NCBI GenBank assembly: GCA_051294375.1
Contig: CM119271.1
Coordinates: forward strand, 2,246,677 to 2,310,676
Direction of reading: 5' to 3'
Length of the DNA: 64,000 bases
Origin: Paraspadella gotoi
Taxonomy: Eukaryota > Animalia > Chaetognatha
The notes below the pieces were generated by a model, which made no database searches, was not told the DNA's origin, and worked only from the letters and a program-made list of their open reading frames with translations. Positions 50,401 through 61,569 of this stretch are shown piece after piece. The number at the start of each line of letters is the position of its first letter. Within the stretch, counting starts at the first letter, position 1. Both the position numbers and the translations under genes were made by a program.

Positions 50401-51024
50401 CGCGACGAGCTTTTGTCGTTGTTTGCTACGTTGAGTTGCGATCTTTCGTTTGACTTTAATCCGAGTGGATGACTTGCTATCGTCGTCGTTTTTGCTGTCG
50501 ATTTCGCCGACGTCTTTTTTTTCGACGTCCTTTCGGCCTTCATCAATGTCCTCGAAATTGTTTCGCGACATCTTCATGTACTTTCGAACCACGGCGGGCA
50601 GGTTGGCGTGTCGCTTTCTCGAGGGTCTTGAGAGATCGTCGATCTGTTCGGCTCCCTCCTTCGATTTGACGGCCTTCGCCGTATCCTCGGCAGAATCGAC
50701 GCCTTCGACGGCGCGATCGAAGATGCCCTTCTTAACATCCGGACGCAAAACGGATTCAAAATCCAATAGGCCACTCGAGGAAAGTCTTTTGCCAGCCTCC
50801 GACTTTTCCTTCTCCGCCTCCCTCGTCACCCCCTTCGTCCGCGGTCCCTCCTTCTTTAGATCCCGCAGCAGCTCGTCGAGGTGCGCTGAGGCGAAGGGAG
50901 ACGCTCGCTGCTCGCGACTTTCAAGGGGGTCGCATGAGACGTCCGTTCTGGAGGAGGATGAGGAGGAGGTCAAGGAGGAGTTGGAGCTGGGAGTTTTGGA
51001 ACTCTTCTTCTTTTTCGACTTCAT
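47484..51024 (-). CDS. Large uncharacterised low-complexity protein (3 exons)
   Basis: Long ORFs at 49348-51039, 48613-49092 and 47484-48536 can be joined by GT-AG introns. No family recognised, and the 5' end is uncertain. Confidence 0.6.
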
Positions 51025-52298
51025 CGTCGCTTCTTCCAACGAGTCATCAGCTCCGTTGTCTTTTATCCAAGTGATTTCTCTCCAGGTCGACCTCGGTTCA
51101 CTCAGCTCGAAAGATTGTCATGATCGTTACATCGTTGGGTGATCTGTAATTAATTAATTAATTAGAATGGTGATGTTAAGGTCGAGGACATCGTTTGTCG
51201 ACTTCGGGCGAATTAAAACATAGGAGGTAAAAAAATGGAATAAAATTGTCACGAGAACGTAGTTCTTCGCCTTCGTCGACAAAGAGTGATTACGACAAAA
51301 CAATAATAATAAAAAAAAAAATTAATAAAAATAAAGTTATTTTAATTTTTATTTTCTTTCGAAAAAAAGAAGCTAGAGACGGTGGATTTGTATTCGTTTG
51401 GGTACATGTAGACTGTAGAGTAGGGGGGGGGGAAGAAGGGAAGGAATAGCGATTTTTGTTTTGTATGATTGGTAAGCGACTAATATGATTAGTAGTCATG
51501 ATCATATTCGATCTCAATAGTAACGTCATGTTATCGATAACGATGCTCTAGAATCTATAATACTATTATGTAATATAATATATACGTAATTTGGTAAAGC
51601 TTTTGTTTTTCGGCCAACAACACGAACAAATCAGGCGGTAAAATATGTAGGCAGTGGTCATTTTGACATTAAATTTGCATCAAAAAGTATACTAAAGTAT
51701 ACTAATAAAAGTGGATATCAACATGACAAATTTTTGCACCGTTTTTAACCTAAATTTTTAACGGGAAAAGAAAATAATTGCGTTTCAAGTTTCACAGCTA
51801 CATCGAAAGGAAAACGAAACAATCTAGGTCTAGTTAGAAAAAATAGGTTGTGAATATTGATTGACTTTTATTCTCATTAGACTAGTAACTTTTTCACCTA
51901 CGAGCAACAACTTTGGTTCCAACCCCGAGGTGCTGTTTATTAGTGGGAAAAAGTGGGGGCACTGGGGAAAAAGGGTATAAATAATATAAATAATATTACG
52001 CATCCAAAAAAAAAAAAAAAAAAACTAGATATAACTCGATTTGGTATTCGACATAAACACAAGCAAACATAAAAATGACGGCCGTTCAAATTTTTTTTTC
52101 AAAAATAGCAAAAGAATTTGAAAAAAATTTGCAGGGAAAAAAGTGATAAATTGCACGGAATTTGCACAAAAACGAATATTCGGATAAAAGGAGAGAAAAT
52201 TAATAAATTAAAATCGAATTCGCAGGATCAAAAAAGATAAAAAAGACCAAAAAAGTCAAAAAAAAACAAAAGGAAAAAAAAAATCGTCGAGAGCGATT

Positions 52299-53222
52299 TC
52301 ACTTGGCCGGAATAACCTCGTCAAGGAAAGTTTTTAAATCCCTGATCTCCTCCTCGGAAGAGTGGTGGCCCATGGCCGAATACTCGTGGAACCGGTGCTT
52401 GCCGTTGAGCTTGGCCAAAGCTCCCGCCGTCAGCTTGCCCCATTGGAACGGGACGATGGGGTCTGCCTTGCCGTGACACTGGATGATCGGGGTCGATAGG
52501 TTTGAACGGGCCGCCTCGGGAAACCGCTTGTGCAGAGGGAGCCAGGTAGAGAGGAGCACCACCCCGCCGATTCGGAGGTCCATGGTGAGCGAGGCGAAGA
52601 CGGCAGCGGCGCCGCCCTGCGAAAATCCACCCACGACAATGCGCTCGGCGGGAACGCCGGCCGCGATCTCGGCGTCGACGAGCGACTTGAGGGCGACGGC
52701 GGCGCGTTCGATGCCGGCCGCGTCCTCTTCAGTGCCGGGATCTAAGCCACGGATGTCGAACCAAGAGGGCATCTGATGAGGAAGATAGAAGATTTGTTAG
52801 GGGGCGAATTTTACAGATTTTACCTGAAATTTTTTTCATCTTCAGCTCTACACTTCCTCAAATTAGCTAAGTCTCCTCACTACCTAAATTGTCAAAATCT
52901 CATTTCCATTTTCAAATCGAATTGAATGGAACAATCTTTCCATTGTCTTCATTTTTTCAATTCTCTACAGTTCACACTCCGCCGTCACCGCCCCCCCCCC
53001 TTTCCCCTCAATTCTTTTCCACACCTGAAACCCTCCGTTGAGCGTGACGGGTTGAGCAGGAGCCGTAGGGCAAACGAATTTGACATGACCCAAGCCAAGT
53101 TTGCCGAAGGTGACCGACCACTGTTGCCCCGTATCGCCGAGGCCATGAAAAAAGATCATAGTGGCGCTGTGATTTGTCGTAGGGTCAATTGTGAACACCC
53201 GACCAAATTCCAGAGTCGACAT
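52299..53222 (-). CDS. LYPLA1: Acyl-protein thioesterase (lysophospholipase 1/2 family)
   Basis: IFFHGLGDTG, CPTAPAQPVTLNGG..MPSWFDI, GGFSQGG, QCHGKADPIVP and MGHHSS. Confidence 0.94.
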
Positions 53223-53755
53223 CTTTTTTGATTTTCTTCGTTTCGTGTGTCTATGTCTTATTATTTACCCACTTTTAATTGTTTCAAAAAAATATCACTG
53301 TTGATTAGAGTTTTTCTATTATTTAAGCGAATTCTCTCTGTACAGGAGAAACAAGAAAAAAAAAATGAAGGGATAATGAAGACATCGCACTTGCACATGA
53401 TTAAACGCACGAAAGAGAAGGGGGTGGGGGAGGAAAAAAGAAAACTGTCTATCTGGCAATAAACTAAAAAGGAAAATCTACGGAATCTAATTGGTTGTAC
53501 CTAATGTACGAGGACGTTTTAAGTATATATATACCGATAAATGGTAGTAACGAAACTTGGATACGTGGCGTGTAATCCTGGATTCAAACTTGGGGGGGGG
53601 GAAACCAATTTCGGGAGAGAAGAGCGAAAAATAAAACGATATGAGAAAGAATATGGAAAGCTCGGCAATGTTGGCGGGGGGGAAAAACCCACAAATAAGA
53701 ACCAAAAAAAAAAAATGAAAACTGTCAATCATTCTCCCCCCCCCATCTTCCTTTT

Positions 53756-54733
53756 CTACTTCTTGAAGGAAACCTGCAAGGGTTTCCCGCCCATCATGTA
53801 TCCGTCGAGCTGCCGAATGGCGAAGTTGGCCTCGTCGTGGTTGACCATGGTGACGAAGCCGTAGCCCTTGCCTTTACCCGAGGGGCCTTCCTTGATGACG
53901 TTAACCTTGGAGACCGCGCCGAAGGGCGAGAAGAGGGAGTAGAGGAGACTCTCGTCCGCGTCGGGTCCGATGTTGTAGACGAAGAGGATGAAGCCCCCGC
54001 CGTTTTGCGCGGCGGGGTCAGCGTGATGTTCGGCGATGCGTTGTTGGCGCCTTGCTGCGTCGGGTTGAACCGGTACTGGCCGTGAATCCGCCGGATCGGC
54101 CCCGCCAGTGGCGGCGCCTCCGCTTCCGCCACCGCGATGAACGCCCATTCCCGGATAGGCGCCGTAGAATGCGCCGGCGCCCGCTGGGGCGGCGTGCGCG
54201 GCCGGCGCCGTGCCGAGAGATCGGTCGTTGTCGTCCTTTGCCTTTTTGACGGTGATCAACTGGGTGGCGCCCTCGGGTTGCGTTCCGTTCAAGGAAACCA
54301 TGGCGGCGTCGGCTTCTGTCTTTTTCGCAAAAAGAACAAACCCGCAGCCTTGTGGTGAAAAAAAAAAAACAAAAAAAACAAAAAACATATTTTTCTCCTC
54401 TAAGGCCGCCGTCGCGGGGTTCATAGTTTTTTTTTGTGCGTGAGGGGGTATTCAAATCCACAACGCAGTGAGAGATCGGTCGATTTCACCGTGCTGACGA
54501 AAAAAGGGGCGAACGAAAAACGCAAATAAAAAGTAAAGAAAAACCAGAGCTTATAAAAAAAAAAAAAAAAACTTCAAAAACAAAAAAATCTTAATTTGAC
54601 GCGCGAGTAAAAAAAAGGAAAAAAAAACTTTCGGGATGACATGGGCAGAAGCTTCAATCTCGAACAAACTACTTCATCATGCTTTGCAACACCTTCCCAA
54701 AAAATTTTTTAAAAAATATTCAAATTCAATAGC

Positions 54734-54770
<37 letters not shown>

Positions 54771-54860
54771 GGGGAAGGGAAAACTAGGAATTCCCACGTC
54801 TGGGAATCTTCGACGTTTGTTTTGTCTCTCGAGAGATCTCTCACTCTATCACTCACTATC

Positions 54861-54920
<60 letters not shown>

Positions 54921-55563
54921 CTCTCTTCGCTCTCTCTCTCTCTCTCTCCTTATAATCTATTTTACCTTTGGACTGTCCGGTAAAATTGTCCATAAGTATC
55001 TTGACGTTGACGATTTCCCCGTACGGGCTGAACATGGCCTTGAGCCCGTCCTGGGAGATGGTCTTGGGCAAATTGGCGACGTAGAGATTGGCGCCTCGAA
55101 TCTCGTCCGTCGGAGGGCGCGCGTAGGCGACCTTGATGTACTTGTGCATGAGCTGGAGACCGTTGAGGGTGTCGATGGCTGTGAAATTGTGGGAGGGGAA
55201 CGAGTGTGGAGAGAAAAAAGCTTAAAAAAATGAAATAAGACAATGGATTGAATTTGTGAATTTATTTATTTATTTATTTGGGAAAAAGCATAAGAATAAA
55301 CATAGCCCGATATTAAAAGAACATGAAACTATCCCTTTTGTCTCTATATTAGTCGAAACTAAACCTTTGAGGGCGTCCTCCTCGTTTTGGTAGTTGACGA
55401 ATCCATAGCCGAAGCTATAGCCCGTCCGTTTGTCTCTCAAGATCCTGGAGGACTGTAAGGGTCCGATGGCGGAGAAGAGTTGGTTGAACTCCGCGTCTGA
55501 CAGAGTCTGAGGTAAGTAGTTTATTATGAGATTTGTCCTCGAATTGTCGATCCCCGTCGCCAT
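53756..55563 (-). CDS. ELAV/Hu/Sex-lethal family three-RRM RNA-binding protein
   Basis: RTNLIINYLPQ..GYSFGYGFVNY (RRM1), IKVAYARP..ANLYVANLP (RRM2) and ILFVYNIG..KGYGFVTMVNHDEA..LQVSFK (RRM3). Confidence 0.93.
54864..54947. repeat. (CT)n microsatellite in an ELAV-like intron
   Basis: Read directly from the sequence. Confidence 0.95.
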
Positions 55564-56061
55564 CTTGGATTTTTTGTATGTATTTTGTTTGGTTTTAGTT
55601 TGTTTAAAACTTCAGGACTGAAATTTTTTTTAAATTAAATAAATTCGAAAAAAATAATATAACTATAATAAACAATCAACAAACAACAACGGAAACAAAG
55701 ATCAATCATCATGTTTCATTTCATTCTTGTTACACCTATGAATATTAAATTATTCACATTAATGACTATGTCGCTCGGAAATTCAGTCAATCTCTTGTCA
55801 ATAATTAATTAAACGCGAGCGGAATGTACGAGGATTTTTGATCAGCAGTAAATATATTGCCTGTCACCATGGAAACAAAACCTCGAAAAGAGACGAGCTT
55901 ATTTGGAACAAGTGAAAAAGGAAGGGGGGAGGAGGACGTAGATTTGGTTTCTCTTAGGCGTGTACTTTTTCGTTTTAACATCAAACTGATATTAGATATC
56001 ACAACTGTTATAAAAACTAATTTGGTTTCTCTAAGGCGAGTACTTATTCGTTTTAACATCA

Positions 56062-56791
56062 TCAAGAGGGCGGCTGCGGCTGCGGCGGGGCCGTCGCCCC
56101 AGGAGCGAGGACGGGAGCGGCGACCAGTTTCTTCTCCCGCTCCCTCTCGCGATCCTTGGCCGCCTCCCTCGCCAGCGCCTCCTTCTGCTTCTCCGATTGC
56201 AGCTTGAGCGCTCGACGCTTGAGCCGCGTGGTGCGTTCGTGCAGCGACGTCATGGAGCGGCGGATGTTGACGAGGCGTTCGTGATAGGATTTGACTCGAG
56301 ACATTCTCTGCCGGAGGCGATCGTTGCTTTGGCTGTCGTCGAATCTGCGCGTTGTGATAAAACGGTTGGGATAAAACGCCAATGAGATGGTAATGGAATT
56401 TTATTTATTGCGGTAATTAATTACGCCAATAAATAGAAAAAATACAATTTTTGAACAAATTTCCAAAATCGTTTCGTTTATTTCACCTTTGGTTTTCCAA
56501 TCGGATTCCATCGAGAACGGTCTCTTGCTTCCGCAACAGCTCGTCGAGAGATTTTTTCGATTTGTCGAGCGGCGGGAGGACGTGGGCCAACAGCCCGCGA
56601 CCGAGGCAGTCCGCGATTTCCTCTGGGGCGGTGGAAGGCAGAAGGGACGGTCGGGGTTCTGCAGGCGTTGTTGGTGAAATTGGGGAAGCGGGGAGATCGA
56701 GGGGAACGAAGGGGTCGTCGTCCGGACGAACGGTTTCGCGGTCAAACGGATTTTCGCGTTTGACGGGAGATCCGGGCGAAAAGGTCGCCAT
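56062..56791 (-). CDS. BLOC1S6: BLOC-1 subunit 6 (pallidin)
   Basis: GLLAHVLPPLDKSKKSLDELLRKQETVLDGIRLENQR / YHERLVNIRRSMTSLHERTTRLKRRALKLQSEKQKEAL..REREKKLVA. Confidence 0.9.
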
Positions 56792-57380
56792 ATTTATGGG
56801 AGAGTGGGAAGAGTCAAGTGAAAGAATAACGAGTCAACGAGTTTTAATTGTTATCCACTTTTCTTCTTGTCTTTTTCTTCATCGCTCGTACGCATCCGTC
56901 CACCCTACGTTTAAAACAAGTAAAATAAACTGGCAAAAAGGCAAAACATCGCGAAGAAGGTGTAAGGAAAATTCTGGACAACTATGTCTCCCGGACGGCA
57001 AAACAATCGCAGGAGATCGCTCGCTGATGCAGGCGTTCGAGCTCAACGAAACGAAACAAAAAATCTAAGAGCCTAAGCGTCTTGATTCAAGACTTTTCAT
57101 TACAGAGGGGGGGGGAAGAAAGCAAGAGCTGAAGACGCCATTCGTTTGATTTATTTAACGATCCTCTCAACGATTAAGCTGGGAGGTTCCCCTTTTAAGC
57201 TAATTTTCCCAATGTTTTGGCGTTCGATTCGGTTCGATCAAAGTAAAAATTCGAGAAAAAGTAGAAAAAATAAAATAAGACGAAAAATTAATACAGCAGG
57301 GTGGAGACGTATTAGTTTCAAAAAGAGAGAAGTAGTAGTATGGAATCAAGCGGACAACCCAATTAACTTCTCTTGGATCT

Positions 57381-60300
57381 TCATTTGGATCTTGAAATCA
57401 TCGGATACGAGATCAGATGCTGATTATTGTTGTTTCCTGACGACGCCGGACCGACTCGGCCGCCGGACGCCGCCGTCGGCGCTGGACCCCTCATCGGCGG
57501 GGGCGGCCGAATCGACGGCGGAGCCAGAGGAGGCGGGGGCCCACCGGGGCCTCCGCCGGTTCGCACCACCGCCCCGGGCGGCGGCCCCTGGTGCGTCCCC
57601 GACGAGGTCGATTGTATCTGCGAGTTCATCGTCGGCTGCTGTTGCTGCGGCAAAGTTTGTTGCTGCAACGTTCCCTGCTGTTGCAACGTCCCCGGCTGAG
57701 AGAGCGTTTTTCCGTTGAGCCCCACGGCGAGCGGGGCCCCGACGGAGGCGGCCATGGCGTGGTGGGACATCAACGGACCCATGGTCATGATAGAGTTTTG
57801 GGCGCCGAGCGAGGCGTGGGAGACCGAGCTTTGCGACAGCGCGGAAATACCGCCGAGGGAAACCGGAAGAGAGCAAGCGACGGTGATGGGGATCGGCGCC
57901 GTCGCTGACTGGTTTACCGCGCCGCCTGATTGGGTGCTCAGAATAAGTGCTTTGCCGCTCAGAGGAGCGGGCGGTGGGGGTGGCTGGGGCTGGGCGGCGG
58001 CGTTGCCTGGTGGGCCGATTGACTGCACCTGTTAGTGGAAGTTTGTTGTAAAGAACTAAGCAATAATTACTCACTAGTTAAACCTTACATCCTCCATGAT
58101 TTATACCTGACCCGTGGTACAGATGCTGTTTGTAATAGAGGGATAGGAAGTGGGGATTGAACCGGGTCCTCGGGATGAATTAAAGGATGCGATGGATTGA
58201 GAAAGGTTGCCCACGTTGGCCACCGACGCGGCGATGGTCGCCGAGACTTGGGCCGCCGCCGCTTGGGCCTGAGCTTGCGCTTGCGCCTGAGCTTGGGCCT
58301 GAGCTTGAACTTGGGCCGCTACTTGAGCCTGTTGAACCTGAGCGGCTACTTGGGCCTGCTGATGCGCGGCGACGTGAGCTTGTTGAACTTGCGCTGCCAC
58401 TTGTTGCGCCTGCTGAACCTGCGCCGCCACCTGCTGCGCTTGTTGCACCTGAGCCGCCACCTGCTGCGCTTGTTGGACTTGGGCAACGACCTGCGCTTGC
58501 TGAGCCACCTGCGCAGCAACTTGCGCCTGAAGGTTCTGCTGTATGTTGTTCGTGGTCAGCGGAGAGGAAATGTTTTGGCTACCAATACTAGTATTTAAAC
58601 TCTGCTGCGAGGCCGGGATGTTAGGCGCGTTGGGCGGCGGTACCGCCTGCGGAGGCGGGGGAAGTAGATTCCCTTGCAAATTGGCGGACATGGGCGGGGT
58701 GAGGCAACCGGTCATGTTGGAACCGAGGACGGAAGATGACGAGGCCATGGGCAAGGGGTTTTGCACGAGCGATGAAGAAGTCATCACTTGATTGCCGACG
58801 ATGGCCGCAGCTGCTAACGACTGAGTCATAGGCGGTGGCGGCTGTAGCGGAGGATTGGCCGTTAAAGAAGCTGTCGGCAGGTTCTGCGACATGATTGGCG
58901 CCATGGAACTGGGCAGGTTGGTGGCGGCCGCCAATTGAGTCTCGCCTTGCTGCTGCTGCAGCGTACGAGGCTGTTGCTGTTGTTGCTGGAGGCGGAAGCG
59001 GGCGTTCTGTTCGAGGAGAAACTCGTTGGTGGCCTGAAGGTCGGACACTTGCTTTTTCAGCTCCTCTACGCGTTTGCGGAGGAGGCGGTTCTCCGATTCG
59101 AGAAGTGACATATCTTCCTTGGCCGAGGCGCCCGGCGAGGCGCGGGAACCGAAGGTAGAAGCCGTCATTAACTGAAATTAATAACAAGATTTTCAAATTA
59201 CGCAGTAAAAATTCAGGAGGAGATACGTATATAAAGCGTTCGCACCGCTAAGAAAAGTAAATTCAAAACAGCTTATATTACCGTGTAAATAATCACGGAA
59301 AGACTCGTTTTCGTTTGTTCCAAGATTATTAAACTTTAATCTCATTTACATTTAGTGGTGATGGAGACGGAATCGTGAAGAGGAATCTCCAAAGACTCTG
59401 AACTTTCCGACATGTGATATTCATATTTATATTCATTGATATTCACTGTTCATTCATTACTTGTTCCCTTTCAGTTCTGTGAGCATCGTGTTTATTATCA
59501 TAGAAAGTACGTGTTCGAGTGTGAGTCCTAATCTAGTTGGCGTCCCCGTCTCTTGTGTATTCATATTCGCAGATCCTATACTGTGGGCAACATTGTGGTC
59601 GACCGTGCCGCCGTGTGGTTAACTGACATTGTAGTTCATACGTTAGAGGGTCTCGAGCTTCTCAAGCCCGGCCGGCGTCCGCCGGCATCGCCCACAACAA
59701 TCACCCTCTAACAGTGGTATCACAAAATAATTTTTAGGTCATATACGTATAAGTATACGTCTAGACGACAGACTAGAACGATGAACTTTCCCTATACGAA
59801 CCTGAGACCCGTGCGGAGAGTGCGAAGTTGACGTCAGCGCCGAGTTCATCAGCGTAGAGTGGGCGTTGACCGATTTAAAGTAGTTCTGCGTGGGCGAAGT
59901 AGAACTCCCGGCGTTGTAGTCGAGTTTGGGCCGCTTCCCGCCGCCGCCCTCGCTAAAACCGCCGGCGGAGCCGCCTCCCTTGGACGAACCGGCGTTGTTC
60001 CTCGTCGCCTGATTGGCGCAGGAGCTGAGAAGGGAATCATAGTAGTCGCGGGAGGATCCCCCGCCGTTGGTCGGCGAGGGGAGGTTGAAGGAGAAATCAT
60101 CGGACGGGGTGGATGGTCGACCCGGATCGTAGTTCTCTTGTGTTGGTGAGAGGGAGGATCTTGGGAAGAGAATGGGATTACAATAAAATAAATGTCAAAT
60201 CTATCTCTTCAATGAGGATTGAGGATAAAAGAATTTTCCCCATTTCAACAAAAATCTACGTCAAACTAAAAACAAACCTCGACCCAAGCATCCCTTCGTT

Positions 60301-61255
60301 GCCAAGCAACAAGTGATCGATCCTCCTGAGCCCGAATGGCCGCAAATCTTCATCGATGGAACCGCGCCCGAAACGTTTAAAGAACCCGTTGCTGGGACAA
60401 CCGCCGCCGCGGCGGGACTGGCCGCTCCCGCCGTCGTCCGCCTCGTTATGGTCGACGAGAACGGCGCCATCCACGATGCCGCTTCCTTCATCGTTATCGT
60501 CGCCGCCGTTGAAGGCGCTCGTTGGCACGTGGCGGAACTTGCAACGCTTTCCGCGACGGCAGTCGCCTAGAAAAGGTTTTTTTTTTCGTTGCTACATCGG
60601 AAAGCGGAGAACCAACTAAATTCCGTACCCTTGATGAAGTCCTTGCAAACGGGTATGTCGCCGGGCTCGACCACGTTGGAATAACCGATTATGGGGCCTA
60701 CGTCGGCAAACTTTTCCGGCATCCTCCCCGTCTGCCGGAAAATCTCCTCGTCGTCTTTGTTGCAGTGGACAAATTTGCAGTTGGGCCGATTGCATCTGGT
60801 GTTTTGAAAGTCGTGACAGAAGATGATGTCTTCGGCAGTCACGCGGGCAACTGGACGGTGACCGAAATAGAAATATGTTGAAATTTAAACTACGTAGCGC
60901 TATCCACGAATTGGCAAGACTAAATAGTAAATACTAAGCGCCCAGTGTTACAGCATTATGTACTCCCAACTTTTCCTTTCTTTCCTAGTCACACACCTTC
61001 GGATCCCCTCAGTCCGACGGGGTGCGAGAACCGACAATGTTTCTTTCTCTTGCACACGTTCCTCAAGTAATCGCGACACACATCCGTCGACTTTTCGTTC
61101 TTATTAACGACGGTGGCCGCGACGTTTTCGTCGTCATCGCGACGTCGCGGCGGCTCATCGTCCTTTCTTTCGTCGTTGGTCATGTCGCCGTCGTCGCCGC
61201 CGTCGTTAGAGACGCACTCCGCGATGTTGACGCCGTCTTCGGAGAATTTATTCAT
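57381..61255 (-). CDS. ZC3H10: Zinc finger CCCH domain protein 10
   Basis: Three CCCH fingers (VCRDYLRNVC, FCHDFQNTRC, VCKDFIKGDC), the coiled coil LLESENRLLRKRVEELKKQVSDLQATNEFLLEQNA, and a Q/A-rich tail. Confidence 0.92.
58260..58530 (-). repeat. Coding tandem repeats (30-bp QQAQQVAAQV units and QA dipeptides)
   Basis: Seen in the translation of ORF 58101-59168. Confidence 0.85.
59359..59713. mobile_element. Solo LTR, family C (copy 2, ZC3H10 intron)
   Basis: TG...CA termini and 4-bp TSD GTGG. Near-identical to 7654-8009. Confidence 0.87.
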
Positions 61256-61569
61256 GACCGAAAGGGGGTAATGGGTTTATGGGCGATCGAACCATGGCCG
61301 AAGGTTGAGCGTTTTTAACGCGAGGAATAACTAACGAAGGTGCATGATCTTAAATAAAAATATCGCAAAAAAAAAGAGCATTTATAACAAATTATTTATA
61401 ACAAATTATTTTAAAAATAAAAATAAAAATATCACAAGAAAATCCTAAAGCCGACAAGAATAACCCCGGAAGTAAATTTCAAACTTAAAAAACTATCACA
61501 TAACAAAAATAACAAAGAAATCTTCGAACGGTATCATCGCGAATTATAACACAATGAAAACGAACACTA

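Noticed and set aside
59800-60160. Suspected frameshift in a ZC3H10 middle exon
   Set aside because: On re-reading, the exon is open and in phase (…DPGRPSTPSDDFSFNL…KRPKLDY…).
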